Assembly (NCBI GenBank): GCA_964519305.1
Contig: CAZFHY010000004.1
Span: 1 to 64,000 of the forward strand
Direction of reading: 5' to 3'
DNA length: 64,000 nucleotides
Source: Candidatus Undinarchaeota archaeon
GTDB taxonomy: Archaea > SpSt-1190 > JASMDC01
Position 1 is the first letter of the stretch, and the number at the start of each line of letters is the position of its first letter. The position numbers and the translations under genes were made by a program. A model generated the notes under the pieces. The model did not search any database, was not told the DNA's origin, and worked only from the letters and a program-made list of their open reading frames with translations. Positions 1-10,255 of this stretch are shown piece after piece.

Positions 1-66
1 CCCTAGAATTTTACAGGAACGCGTGACGGGGGACTACTCGGACAGGCTCTACACCAATTGCACTAT

Positions 67-960
67 ATGGACCTGGAGCCCTACACGGAAACGATAGGTA
101 CCTCCGTGTTACGTACGGGGAGCACTCGCGTACTGCCCACCGTCGCCGTGGTCCTCCCAGTCTTCCTCATCATCCTCCTATACATTTCCCTCCTCTTCTC
201 CGGAGGACCGTACTGGCTCCTGCCGGTGCTCGGTCTGGGCGGCGTGATGGTCGTCCATATCCCTCTGGTGCTCGCTCTTCGGAGCGAGGCGGTGCAGAAG
301 GCCAGCGAGGAGTATCGTGGCGATCCAGAGGTCTGGACAGGGATAATGGCCGTGCTCCTCCTACTGGTCCTGCGCCTGATCGTAAAGGCACTGGAACCAC
401 TCAGATCTGCGGATCTGGCAGCTTTCCTTGGTGTCCTTCCTCCGGCCGCGGAGATGGCTCAGGGCATGGCCCTCATCATGGCTGTGAACTTCGGCTTCGT
501 CGTATACGAGCAGTGGGCCCTCGCCGGTCGGGAGGAGAGCACAGGCCGAATGACCGCTGTGGTAGCAGGGATCCTATTCCTCGGTGCGGCGTTCACGTTC
601 GCCGGTTCCTCCGGAGGGGCGACGTTCTCGGTGACCCTCAGTGACATCCCTTCCAACGTAGCTCCCGGTGATCCACTGGTCGTTGAGGGCGTCGTTTCCA
701 CGCTTCGTGGCCTGCCCAAATCCGCTTTCACCGCCGGTATCGACCTCGAGTGGGACGGTAGTGCACCGTCCGGCTGGGTGCCGTGCCCGGTCGACGAACG
801 CTGCGGTATGTGCGCGTGCGCTGGTGTCCAGGCCGACGGGAGCTGGCGGGTCGGGATAGATGCTCCCCGTGAACCCGGATCGTTCATCCTCCGCGTGGTG
901 GTCCGGAACGACGAAACCGGGGAAGAGGTCGAGCACACAGCCCGTTTGAGCGTGCTCTGA
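67..960 (+). CDS. Multi-pass membrane protein with C-terminal Ig-like beta domain, function unknown
   Basis: About 5 hydrophobic segments, then a beta-rich domain with a CPVDERCGMCAC cluster. ATG at 67 preferred over TTG at 58. Confidence 0.7.
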   Translation: MDLEPYTETIGTSVLRTGSTRVLPTVAVVLPVFLIILLYISLLFSGGPYWLLPVLGLGGVMVVHIPLVLALRSEAVQKASEEYRGDPEVWTGIMAVLLLLVLRLIVKALEPLRSADLAAFLGVLPPAAEMAQGMALIMAVNFGFVVYEQWALAGREESTGRMTAVVAGILFLGAAFTFAGSSGGATFSVTLSDIPSNVAPGDPLVVEGVVSTLRGLPKSAFTAGIDLEWDGSAPSGWVPCPVDERCGMCACAGVQADGSWRVGIDAPREPGSFILRVVVRNDETGEEVEHTARLSVL

Positions 961-1002
961 GAAGCAAAGCTATTTCAACGACCGCCGACATTGGTCTCAC
1001 GG

Positions 1003-1245
1003 ATGGATGACGAGAAGAAGTCGTTGGTACGTTCTCGCCGGTTCGCCCTCCTCCGGGACATCAGAGCTGTCCGCAACAAGGTGGAGGAGCTCGACCGGTT
1101 CACCGGCCAGCTCCGGAGCTCTACGGGCTCCGGCAAGAACAAGCGTCAAGTGGGCTTTGACAAGGTGCTCAAGGAGCTCGAGGCTGCACGTGACGCGCTC
1201 ATGAACGAGATGGATTGGACGGAGACACGGAAGGACCGGATGTAG
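1003..1245 (+). CDS. Small basic coiled-coil hypothetical protein
   Basis: 80-aa helical ORF after an AT-rich promoter-like element (~970); fills the gap between two genes. Confidence 0.6.
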   Translation: MDDEKKSLVRSRRFALLRDIRAVRNKVEELDRFTGQLRSSTGSGKNKRQVGFDKVLKELEAARDALMNEMDWTETRKDRM

Positions 1246-1263
1246 AGATCCCCGCGGTCAGGC

Positions 1264-1752
1264 CTACTCCCGTAGGTCCGTGACCTCCAGGTCACCGTCG
1301 AAGCGCACCACTTCGACACCTACCTTGCGCATCATCTCCAGCCCGCGTGTCTCCGAGTAGTCCCTGCCGTACACCACACGGTCCAGCCGGGCATTGATTA
1401 TCATCTTGGAACAGTGGATGCATGGTTGATGCGTCGTGTAGAGCACACCGCCTGCGATCGATACACCATGTACGGCCGCCTGGATGATGGCGTTCTGCTC
1501 GGCGTGTACTGCGTTGCACAGTTCGGTCTGCTCGCCCGATGGTATACCTCGTTGCTCGCGAAGGCAGCCTATCTTCTCGCAGTGCGGGAACCCCCGCGGC
1601 GCACCGTTGTACCCTGTCGCGAGTATCTGACGGTCCTTGACGATTATGGCTCCCACATGATGGCGAAGGCATGTCGAACGGCGGGCCGCGTCCAGGGCGA
1701 TCCGCATGTAGTACTCGTCCCAGTTAGGCCGGCCGTTCGCCTGCGGTGCCAT
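1264..1752 (-). CDS. dCMP deaminase (ComEB-like cytidine/deoxycytidylate deaminase)
   Basis: RPxWDEYYM, RSTC, TGYNG, HAEQNA and PCxxC zinc motifs. Confidence 0.93.
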   Translation of the reverse strand: MAPQANGRPNWDEYYMRIALDAARRSTCLRHHVGAIIVKDRQILATGYNGAPRGFPHCEKIGCLREQRGIPSGEQTELCNAVHAEQNAIIQAAVHGVSIAGGVLYTTHQPCIHCSKMIINARLDRVVYGRDYSETRGLEMMRKVGVEVVRFDGDLEVTDLRE

Positions 1753-1840
1753 GTGCACCTATGGCTAGAGCTTGGTTTAAAACATTATTGGACATGCGCG
1801 GAGGGGCGTTCGCCCCCCCGCGCGTCCATCGTTTCCTCTA

Positions 1841-3925
1841 CTATCCGCAGCCGCCGGACGGTGCCGCTCCTCCGGTGGAGGCGAGCTTGGTGTCGCACGC
1901 GGCGGGCTTCTGACCCTCCTTGAATCCGCAGCAGAGGGAGCTCTTGAAGCTCTCAGGATCACGGTTGCCCTGGTAGGCCACCTCGTTGATCACCATTGTC
2001 GGTGAACCACGAGCGCCGTACTTCTCGTTGAGCGCTACTTCCTCTGCGAGCAGGGTCAAGGCGTCGTCATCGTAGCACTTCTTCACAGCGTCGACATCGA
2101 TGCCCACGGCCTTGGCATGGTCCTCCCAGCAGGTGTCCACGTTGTTAGAGGTGCACTTCTTGCTGACGAGCTCGTAGTAGTCCCACCACTTGCCGCGCTG
2201 GTCGCGGTAGATGCAGAGCTGGCGCACGCCCTCGTTGAGCTCCTGGATCCCGTGCATGGAACAGTACTTGCCGTCGTCCAGGCAGTAGTCGGGACCTCCG
2301 CCATTGTAGTTCGCGTAGATGACGTAGTGCGGTTCCACAGCGATCTTGTCCCCGAGAAGCTCTACTGCAGGCTTGATACCGTCCAGCGCCTGTGTACCGA
2401 ACGGACAGTAGGTCATCACGAACAACTTCATGGTGGGCACATCTGCCTTGGGGATCTGGGCGCACGCGGCCTCTTCGGCCGCTACCTTCGCATCGTCGCT
2501 CGTGTAGCAGGAAGCACCGGTCGCGTCGTCGGTCAGCATATAGACGTCGTCCTTCTTCTCGAACACGGTGCGGATGCCCACGTTCGTGGCCCAGGTGTTG
2601 GTGTTCTCGAGGTTATCGTCGAGTATGTACTTGGGCACGATGAGGATGTCGTACTTCTCGATGAGGGCCTTTCCTTCGGCTGAAGCAACGTCAACGTCCT
2701 TCATATCGGCGCCGGGGAAGAGGCGCGTGAGCGCGGCCTTGATCTGCGACGAGTCGCAGGCAGGATCGCCCTTCTTGTTGAGCACGGTCACCGAGACCGC
2801 CACCGGATCTACGAACTCGCAGGCCGCGTCGTCGGTGTTGGGATTGACGCACTTGCCGATCTTGCCGGTCTTGGTGCAGTCGGCGTCCTGGCCGCAGGCG
2901 GGCAGGCTCTCGCACTCGGACGGCTTGGGATCGAGCTCGTTACAGATGGCCCGCGTGTAGCTCAGAGCGTCACGTCCGCCGCTGTAGGGGGCTCCGTTGA
3001 TGAACATGCTCGGCGATCCGCGGACACCCAGAGCGTCGCCTTCTTTCTTGTCGGCACGCATGAGGGCAACACCCTCGTCCTTCTGGCAGGTGCTGATCTT
3101 GTCGACGTCCACGCCTGTGTCCTTGGCGATACCCTTCCAGCAGGTCTCGATGTCACCCAGGGTGCACTGGGCATTGATTATCTTGGTGTACTCGACCCAC
3201 TTGTCCATGTCGTAGTACTTCATGATGCACGCCTGGCGGATACCCTCGTTGAGCTCCGCGATGCCGTGCATGGAGCAGATCTCGCCGCCATCGATGCAGT
3301 AGTCGTCGCCTCCGCCCTGGTATTGGCTGTAGATGACGAAGCGGACATCGAGATCGACGTACTTGCCCATCCTGTCCCAGGCCTCGATCATACCGTCCTC
3401 GGCCTGAGTACCGAAGGGACAGTAGGTCATGACGAACATCTGGAAGTCGACCTTCTGGCCAGAGCCGCTAGGCTTAGGTGTGGCCTCGGTCGGTTCTTCA
3501 GTAGGAGTGACAGGCTTCGCCGTAGGCGCCGCCGTCGGATCGGCACTGGTTGAGGTCACCTTGTACCGGACCTTGTCGACTTCCGTCTTCTCGATACCGC
3601 CGCGCATGAGGATCGTATCGATCTCCTCTGCCGGCAGGCCCTTTTCGAGCATGAGGCCGTACATCCCCTCAACGTTGAGGTCGGACGCGGCCCCGGTGCC
3701 CGTAGCAGGGAGACCGGTCGCGTTCACCCGGATGGACCCGTTCGCGAATCCCACGGACGCGATGATAATGGCGAGGGCAAGCACTCCCGTGGCGAGCATC
3801 CATGGGGTGGATCCTCCCTCAAGGGACTCGGTCCTGTACTCGAGCTGCCCGATATTACGGTTGAGCGCATCAATGCGCTTGAGAAGCGAATCATAATCGC
3901 TCTTCTTCTCGCTCTTGATAACCAT
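1841..3925 (-). CDS. Membrane-anchored protein with two thioredoxin-fold (DsbA/GILT-like) domains
   Basis: N-terminal coiled coil and TM, then a duplicated FVMTYCPFG...CSMHGxxELNEGxRQxC...RGSP domain; Cys-rich. Confidence 0.8.
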   Translation of the reverse strand: MVIKSEKKSDYDSLLKRIDALNRNIGQLEYRTESLEGGSTPWMLATGVLALAIIIASVGFANGSIRVNATGLPATGTGAASDLNVEGMYGLMLEKGLPAEEIDTILMRGGIEKTEVDKVRYKVTSTSADPTAAPTAKPVTPTEEPTEATPKPSGSGQKVDFQMFVMTYCPFGTQAEDGMIEAWDRMGKYVDLDVRFVIYSQYQGGGDDYCIDGGEICSMHGIAELNEGIRQACIMKYYDMDKWVEYTKIINAQCTLGDIETCWKGIAKDTGVDVDKISTCQKDEGVALMRADKKEGDALGVRGSPSMFINGAPYSGGRDALSYTRAICNELDPKPSECESLPACGQDADCTKTGKIGKCVNPNTDDAACEFVDPVAVSVTVLNKKGDPACDSSQIKAALTRLFPGADMKDVDVASAEGKALIEKYDILIVPKYILDDNLENTNTWATNVGIRTVFEKKDDVYMLTDDATGASCYTSDDAKVAAEEAACAQIPKADVPTMKLFVMTYCPFGTQALDGIKPAVELLGDKIAVEPHYVIYANYNGGGPDYCLDDGKYCSMHGIQELNEGVRQLCIYRDQRGKWWDYYELVSKKCTSNNVDTCWEDHAKAVGIDVDAVKKCYDDDALTLLAEEVALNEKYGARGSPTMVINEVAYQGNRDPESFKSSLCCGFKEGQKPAACDTKLASTGGAAPSGGCG

Positions 3926-3978
3926 GGCCCCAGTTTGGGGACGTTATGCTTATAAGTAAACCGGTCAGGCTTTGCCCG

Positions 3979-4137
3979 TTAATCCGTCTTCCCCAATAGC
4001 CCCTTGAGTTCCGCAAGGCACGAGGCGCACAGGACCAGGTCCTTGCGGTATAATCCAATATCGACGATGCGGATGTGCGCGCGCTCCTTGTGGCAATTGT
4101 CACAGAGCAGGTCACGCTCCACTCGCTCGACATCCAT
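3979..4137 (-). CDS. Small zinc-finger protein (52 aa)
   Basis: MDVERVERDLLCDNC...LCASC with two CxxC pairs; divergent from the next gene across a TATA-like element at ~4161. Confidence 0.6.
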   Translation of the reverse strand: MDVERVERDLLCDNCHKERAHIRIVDIGLYRKDLVLCASCLAELKGLLGKTD

Positions 4138-4189
4138 GGACACGTGGTGGCGGCTCAGGGTTTTATGTGTTGTCCCCCCTATGGTGAGC

Positions 4190-4795
4190 ATGACACTCCT
4201 CTTCGACATCGAGAGCACGGGAGCAGACACCTTCGTCAACCAGGCCACGGCCGTCGGTATCAAATCATTGGGCGGTGAGCCCACACTGTGGGTCCGACGC
4301 TGTGACGATGTCGGTGACGGCACGCTCGTCATGGAATCGGAGCGGACTTTCCTGGAACGGTGCCTCCCCCCCCTTCTCGAGATGATGGAGGCGCACCGTG
4401 GTGAACCCATCGTTACCTGGAACGGTGCATTCGACTTCAACTTCCTGGCCGCGAAATGTCTCCAGCACGGGATCCCTCACGGAGACCGTGTATCGATCGC
4501 ACGGAAGCGACACTTCGACCTGAAACGTCTATTCATCGAGACGATGGTCAATCCTGGCCAGGGTGCATCGGACTCCAACGTGCTAGAGCATCTACTAGTG
4601 GGGCGGGATCAGCAGGGAAAGGAGAACCTTCTGTGCATCCTGTGGTTCATGGAGGGACGGACCGACGACATCGCACGACATCTGACCGCGGACCTTGTGG
4701 GTCTTGAGGACCTGCTCGGGCGTTTGGCCAAGGTGTTCCCACGCACTGTCGCCTCGCTCGTTGGCAGAGATGGTGATGTACCTCGCAGGGCCTGA
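4190..4795 (+). CDS. RNase H-like / DEDD 3'-5' exonuclease (YprB / PolB-exo-like)
   Basis: LFDIEST, IVTWNGxFDFxFL, HFDL and final DL acidic motifs. Start is 4181 or 4190. Confidence 0.8.
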   Translation: MTLLFDIESTGADTFVNQATAVGIKSLGGEPTLWVRRCDDVGDGTLVMESERTFLERCLPPLLEMMEAHRGEPIVTWNGAFDFNFLAAKCLQHGIPHGDRVSIARKRHFDLKRLFIETMVNPGQGASDSNVLEHLLVGRDQQGKENLLCILWFMEGRTDDIARHLTADLVGLEDLLGRLAKVFPRTVASLVGRDGDVPRRA

Positions 4796-4854
4796 CCGAA
4801 ACCTTTATTGAATTGAACCTACCTAATAATTGAGGGGATACGGGGGCATAATTT

Positions 4855-5268
4855 ATGGACAAGGTATTCGTGTACGGATCGTTGATGAACACCGGATTTC
4901 TCGACCTGTGCTTCTCGGTCGTGCCGAAGAAGATCGAGGATGCGTTCATCCCGGGTATGCTCTTCGACATCGACACATTCCCTGTTCTCATAGAGCCGGA
5001 GAATCCTGGTAAAGATGACATCGTCCATGGTCTGCTCATGACGCTTCCTGAGCTCGTCGATAAACCTGACATCTTCGACAGTTATATGGACGTTAACAAG
5101 AAGACGCCGCCCTTCACCCGCGAGGTCTACACGGTCACGCGGAATGACGGAAGGAGGTTCAAGGCCTGGGTCTTCGTCGGTAATCCGAAGCATGCCTCCA
5201 TCCGCAAAGGTATCTCCGAAGAGAACCGTGTGACCGACGGCGTGTGGATCGAGCCCGTTTCCGAGTGA
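4855..5268 (+). CDS. Gamma-glutamylcyclotransferase (AIG2/YtfP-like) family protein
   Basis: VFVYGSLM N-terminal motif, VHG, AWVF. Confidence 0.85.
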   Translation: MDKVFVYGSLMNTGFLDLCFSVVPKKIEDAFIPGMLFDIDTFPVLIEPENPGKDDIVHGLLMTLPELVDKPDIFDSYMDVNKKTPPFTREVYTVTRNDGRRFKAWVFVGNPKHASIRKGISEENRVTDGVWIEPVSE

Positions 5269-5271
5269 GGT

Positions 5272-5799
5272 TCATGGCCGGCGGAACAGCGGCCGGTCCT
5301 CTTCCCCATCATCCTCGTCCGAGTGGCTGGCAGACACTAGAAGTTCAGGGAACAGAGTCCATGCGAGCTGCCAGCGACCTGTTTCATCGTTGCGCTCGAG
5401 CTTCACCACACCAGCGTTCTGGAATTTTATGACCTCCCGTTCAGGGTCCCCCGAGAGGAGAGCGCTGGCGAGCCGGGAAAGGAAGGGGAGGTGACCTACT
5501 ATGGCCACGGCCTTGCGACTTGAACCCAGTTCTTCCATCATTGGACCTATATCGTCGTTGGGGCCTAGCCCCTGACGCTCTATGCACCCCCGCCATGAAG
5601 GGATGACCTTGGCGTACTCCTCCGCGGTCTGGCGCGACCGGAGCTTCGTGCTATGATAGATTATATGCGCCCGCAGCCCGAGACGCTCGAGGTGGGTGGA
5701 TACGCTGTTGATGGTCTTCCGACCTTTTGGATTCAAGCTCCGTACATGGTCCTCATCCTTTGAATGTGCCTGTGCATGCTGGATGAGGTAGAGTTCCAT
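5272..5799 (-). CDS. sixA: Phosphohistidine phosphatase SixA
   Basis: LYLIQHA, RxLxxxG, HSxKLRxxQTA and VGHLPFL motifs. Confidence 0.88.
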   Translation of the reverse strand: MELYLIQHAQAHSKDEDHVRSLNPKGRKTINSVSTHLERLGLRAHIIYHSTKLRSRQTAEEYAKVIPSWRGCIERQGLGPNDDIGPMMEELGSSRKAVAIVGHLPFLSRLASALLSGDPEREVIKFQNAGVVKLERNDETGRWQLAWTLFPELLVSASHSDEDDGEEDRPLFRRP

Positions 5800-5856
5800 G
5801 GGTGATGGTTCTCGGACAAGGAATAAATAGGTTGTCCTCAGGCAAGGGAGGTCGCG

Positions 5857-6864
5857 TCAGAGATAACGTCCTTCTGCGTTCTGTCGGTCGATCGCCTGGA
5901 GGAACCGTTCGATGAGCTGTGCCTTGATCTCGCGCCGCGCCTCCTCGTCCTCTGGAAGAGGCATCGCCCCGGCCGCGGACCGGTCGTGACCACCGCCCGA
6001 GCCCATACCCTGTAGCAGCTTTGCTGCCACGGGGCCTGCAATGCTCCCATGGAGCAATGCCCGGAGGGAGAAGTGGAGCGTTCCCTCGCACTCCCCAAGG
6101 CACATGGTCCACAGGATGCCCTTCAATCTGAGGAAGTCATCGGCCATCTCGGCGATCATGTCAGGGGAGTCGACCGTTCCCAGGTCGCTCACCAGCACAT
6201 CATCGTATACCTGGACATTACCGATCGCTTCCCGGAGCGCAAGGAAGTGGGCTGCAGGGATGCGCGGGCGCTCGATGCGTGTGAGCAGATTGTGTGATAG
6301 GGAGGGGAATAGCATCCGCATGGCCAGGTGGTCGGCACGCGTACTGTCCCGTGAGAGGTCACCTATGTCCGATTTGATGCCGTAGAATAGGGCCGTGGCC
6401 AGGTTCTCGTCCCATTCGACGCTCGCCATATGGAGGTACCCCGTGATGATGGTGCTCGTGGCGCCATATTCCTCACGAACGTCGAGCACTTTCACATCGG
6501 GCATCCCCTCCCGCAGGGGATGATGGTCGATGACTATATCGATACGACCGTTCTCGCCGAGAGGGGTGTTCCCGCCCGAAGGCTGTGCGTCAACGACAGC
6601 GACCACATCATGCTCTTGAGGGTCTAGCATGTCAATGGGGAACATCTTGATGCGCAGCTGCTTGACCATGGCGCGGTTCTCCGCCCTGCCGATAATACCC
6701 CCGTACCCGATGACGGCCCGTGGACCGAACGCCTCAACGAGCGCTTTGAGGCCGAACGCGGCCGCTATTGCATCGGGGTCCGGATTGTTATGGGTCAGGA
6801 TGAGCACACGCGAGGTGCCGGTGACCAGGTCCTTGATGGCCCTGACGGCGCGGGCGGTCTCCAT
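5857..6864 (-). CDS. DHH family phosphoesterase (NrnA-like)
   Basis: HNNPDPDA, VVD, IDHH, GIKSD and GGGH motifs. Confidence 0.92.
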   Translation of the reverse strand: METARAVRAIKDLVTGTSRVLILTHNNPDPDAIAAAFGLKALVEAFGPRAVIGYGGIIGRAENRAMVKQLRIKMFPIDMLDPQEHDVVAVVDAQPSGGNTPLGENGRIDIVIDHHPLREGMPDVKVLDVREEYGATSTIITGYLHMASVEWDENLATALFYGIKSDIGDLSRDSTRADHLAMRMLFPSLSHNLLTRIERPRIPAAHFLALREAIGNVQVYDDVLVSDLGTVDSPDMIAEMADDFLRLKGILWTMCLGECEGTLHFSLRALLHGSIAGPVAAKLLQGMGSGGGHDRSAAGAMPLPEDEEARREIKAQLIERFLQAIDRQNAEGRYL

Positions 6865-6865
6865 C

Positions 6866-7417
6866 CTAATCCCAGAACTTGAGATGGATGGGGATCATCG
6901 ACAGATATGCTGTCTTGATGAGGGTCACGACCACGATGAGGGCCGAGATGGCATGGAGGAACCTGTCAACGAACGGATCCCCGTAGGTCCACTTGTAGGT
7001 CAGGACGATGATGAGGAAGAACAGTGCGAACCCAAGAGCACGGGTGAACACCTCGTTCTTGCGTATCATGAGATTGGTCTCATCGAGCATCAGGTGCCGG
7101 TGATCGTCCCACTTCAGAATCCCCCTGTGGAGAAGGTCTGCGATTATTGCCTTCTTGCTCGTGAATCCCTTAGGGCCTAGTCGGTATACCTCGCTGATCA
7201 ACATCGGCTCATCGAGCTTCTCGAACACCGCCTCAACGAAATCGAAGGCGTCGGTACGGCGGGCGATCCGCTCACGGTCAGATAGAAATGCGGCAATGAG
7301 GAGCACTGCAAAGACCACGATCGAGGCGGCGTCCCGAAAGACGATGGCCCCGATCAGCGCTCCAAGGAACACTGTGATCCAAAACGAGTTCAGTGCCACA
7401 AGGAGGTTACGCGGCAT
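6866..7417 (-). CDS. Hypothetical 4-TM membrane protein with a central small helical domain
   Basis: Two TM pairs flank a soluble loop; 1 bp upstream of the DHH gene. Confidence 0.65.
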   Translation of the reverse strand: MPRNLLVALNSFWITVFLGALIGAIVFRDAASIVVFAVLLIAAFLSDRERIARRTDAFDFVEAVFEKLDEPMLISEVYRLGPKGFTSKKAIIADLLHRGILKWDDHRHLMLDETNLMIRKNEVFTRALGFALFFLIIVLTYKWTYGDPFVDRFLHAISALIVVVTLIKTAYLSMIPIHLKFWD

Positions 7418-7449
7418 AGCGGGGATGTCGTGGATGAAGTTTTATATGC

Positions 7450-8217
7450 TTACTTCCGGATCAGGCCCGCCAGCGTCGCGGCGACATCGGGATCGATGGC
7501 CTTCACATGCTTGATACGCTTGTTCACCTGGTCCTTTATGCCCTTGTCCCCGTTCCGCCAGGCCTGGAGCATGTACTCGGCCGCCTTCACGGGATCCCCG
7601 TCCTCGAGGAACACGTCGCTGGCCGAGAGCATAACCTTGGGCCGATCCTTCCCCGCTTCGTCAAGCTCGCACTCATAGTAACGGCACTTGACGTTCAAGG
7701 CCACGTCGTACAGGGACATGTACGCATAGGACACTCCCCATGAGAACAGGAGATCATCCTTGCGCTCGAAGTCCGGCATCGCGTTGATCCCGTCAAAGAA
7801 CTCAAGGCACGAGGACACGAATGATTGAAGGGTGTCCGCCCAGGCCACGACAGGAGGGCGGCGGGAGAGCGAGTCCTTGAGCCAGATGAACCTCTCTGCC
7901 TGCTGCTCGCAGTCCTCTTTGAAAGGGTAGCCCTGGCCGTTCCAGAAGTTGATGGTGAACTTCCTTGCGAGGGCGATCGAGAACAGATAGGCATCCCTGA
8001 CGTCCTTGTCGGTGATGGATGACACCATCGTCTCGGAGAGCTCGGGCATGATCGAAGGGTGGAGCCCCAGCTCTTCCAGAGTGGGCGGATGTAACTCCCC
8101 GGCTTTTGCTGACTCCTTGACCTCTTCGAGGATATTGAGTATACGCTCCTGTGATTTGTTCCAAGCAGCATACTCGGTCTCGAACCCTTGGGGTGATGTG
8201 TCGGCCATCTCCTTCAC
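7450..8217 (-). CDS. Hypothetical alpha-helical protein (TPR-like C-terminus)
   Basis: 255-aa ORF with typical codon usage; no recognised motif. Confidence 0.65.
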   Translation of the reverse strand: MKEMADTSPQGFETEYAAWNKSQERILNILEEVKESAKAGELHPPTLEELGLHPSIMPELSETMVSSITDKDVRDAYLFSIALARKFTINFWNGQGYPFKEDCEQQAERFIWLKDSLSRRPPVVAWADTLQSFVSSCLEFFDGINAMPDFERKDDLLFSWGVSYAYMSLYDVALNVKCRYYECELDEAGKDRPKVMLSASDVFLEDGDPVKAAEYMLQAWRNGDKGIKDQVNKRIKHVKAIDPDVAATLAGLIRK

Positions 8218-8378
8218 GTGAGATTATGGTCGTTCAAAATGTTTTTAAGGAGTGCGAAAGACCTCTTTTATGTTTTGCTGCGATGTTCTGAACACGTCCA
8301 TATGAGAGCTGTTCAGAACTCCGGCCGACCGCTCCGATACATTCAAATGGGTTACCCTTCAGGGTGGGCTGGTAGACT

Positions 8379-9338
8379 ATGACGGATATCGCTGTTGTGG
8401 GGAACGTCTCCATGGACCGGGTTGGCTCCAGCGGTAACCTCGTGGACGCACAGGGGGGCGCCGCGGTGTACACCGCGATATCATCATCGCTCCTCAAGGG
8501 CGACACATGCCTCGTCGGCCGCATCGGCCGGGACTTCCGTCTCGACTATCTTCGGACTCTCAGGCGGGTCGGCATCGATCTGTCCGGTCTCAGGATCATC
8601 CCTGGAGGCCGCTCGACAAGGTTCACCATCGAGCACGACGCCTTCAAGGCGACCTACTGCGACTACGAGATCAACGTGGGCAACTCCCTCTGTCTCGATG
8701 ACATCCCTGCCCATGGACGGAACTCCCGCATCATCCACCTATGCCCCAACAGCCCCCGGCTCCAGGAGCGCTTCATCGAGGAGCTGGCGACGGGGAGCGC
8801 GGCGGTATCGCTCGACTCCATCTCCGCAGAGATATTCCGCGAACACTACGTGTTCACCAACAGGGTGTTCGCAAAAGCGGACTTCTACTTCCCCAACCGC
8901 GAAGAGGCGGTCATGCTCTACCGCTACCTCAAGGACGGCAAGCTCATGAGCGTGACGGAGGCAAAGGAAGCAGCAGGTGCGCTCACATCGCGCAAGCTCG
9001 TGCGCATCGCCGACCACCTCCAGCGGTTCTTCAAGGGGGTGCTCTGCCTCAAGTGCGACGAGCGGGGCGTGGTCGTCGCGGACGACGAGGTGATCTGGGA
9101 GATTCCTTCCTATGAGGTCACCAACGTCACAGATCCAACCGGTGCGGGCGACACATTCGCCGGCGCCTTCCTTGCCACGTATGCCCAGGAACAGGACGTG
9201 TACTACGCTGCGGTAAACGGATGCGCGGCAGCGTCCTTCGTTATCCAGGGCAACGGTATCGAGAACATGCTCACTACCTCCCACGAGGAAATCATGGAGG
9301 TCGCAGAGACCATCGGAGAGGGACGTAAATGGACCTGA
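8379..9338 (+). CDS. PfkB family carbohydrate/nucleoside kinase
   Basis: GG motif, PNxxE, DPTGAGDTFAGAF signature. Confidence 0.92.
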   Translation: MTDIAVVGNVSMDRVGSSGNLVDAQGGAAVYTAISSSLLKGDTCLVGRIGRDFRLDYLRTLRRVGIDLSGLRIIPGGRSTRFTIEHDAFKATYCDYEINVGNSLCLDDIPAHGRNSRIIHLCPNSPRLQERFIEELATGSAAVSLDSISAEIFREHYVFTNRVFAKADFYFPNREEAVMLYRYLKDGKLMSVTEAKEAAGALTSRKLVRIADHLQRFFKGVLCLKCDERGVVVADDEVIWEIPSYEVTNVTDPTGAGDTFAGAFLATYAQEQDVYYAAVNGCAAASFVIQGNGIENMLTTSHEEIMEVAETIGEGRKWT

Positions 9339-10231
9339 TTACAATCGGACACGCGGTCATCGACCGTATCATCTACCCCGACGGACGCGAGAAAGTACTG
9401 CCTGGAGGCTCGGCTCCTGCCGTGGCCACCTCGGCCGTCCAGCTAGGTCTGGAGACGGGGCTAGTCTCAGCCGTTGGCCCGGACTTCCCGAAGAACTGGA
9501 TCACCGACCTCGAGTACTACGGTATCGATACATCCGGGATCGCCAAGATCGAGGGCGAGTCCACGCGCATCGATTACTATTACAACGACAAAGGGGACGC
9601 GACATCGATCGAACTGGAAGAGGGTGTCTCCAAGAAGCTGGGGCCTTCCCTGGTGCCCGACTCTTACAAGGGAGCGTTCTTTGCGCACGTCTGCCCCATG
9701 CCCCCTGCACTCCAGTCGAAGTTCATCGGAGCGATGGACGGGGTCGCGAGTCTCGTGAGCCTCGACTTCAACCAGACCTATTCGAAGGTCTACGAGAAGA
9801 ATGGGATCAAGGGATTCCCCCGCCTCGGTTCGGTCGACCTGGCATTCCCTAACGAGTTCGAGGCCAGGGCCCTCGTCGGTAAGGACGATCTTGAAGCGTG
9901 CGCAGAGGCGTTCCACACCCAAGGTGTGGGCTGCGTGGTCATCACGATCGGAACAGGTGGCTGCATCGTCTACGATGGTATGAACCTACACACCATCCCC
10001 AGTCTCGACCTCCCCATCACCGATCCCACTGGATGCGGTGACGCGTTCATCGGAGGTTTCCTTGCACGGTACGCATCGAACGCGGACCCACTTTCCTCAG
10101 CGTTCGCCGGTTCGGCATTAGCTTCATTCGCCGTTGAGTCGCCCGGTTCCTGGTGTCCGCGTGTGGAGCCCAGGAAAGTGGAACAACGCGAGGCGCAGGT
10201 CAAGGAACTGTTCGAGAAGTCAAAGGAATGA
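9329..10231 (+). CDS. PfkB family carbohydrate/nucleoside kinase (second paralog)
   Basis: PGG, PNEFE, DPTGCGDAFIGGF; overlaps the previous gene by 10 bp. Confidence 0.92.
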   Translation: MDLITIGHAVIDRIIYPDGREKVLPGGSAPAVATSAVQLGLETGLVSAVGPDFPKNWITDLEYYGIDTSGIAKIEGESTRIDYYYNDKGDATSIELEEGVSKKLGPSLVPDSYKGAFFAHVCPMPPALQSKFIGAMDGVASLVSLDFNQTYSKVYEKNGIKGFPRLGSVDLAFPNEFEARALVGKDDLEACAEAFHTQGVGCVVITIGTGGCIVYDGMNLHTIPSLDLPITDPTGCGDAFIGGFLARYASNADPLSSAFAGSALASFAVESPGSWCPRVEPRKVEQREAQVKELFEKSKE

Positions 10232-10255
10232 GATCATTCCCGTACGGGATTCGGC

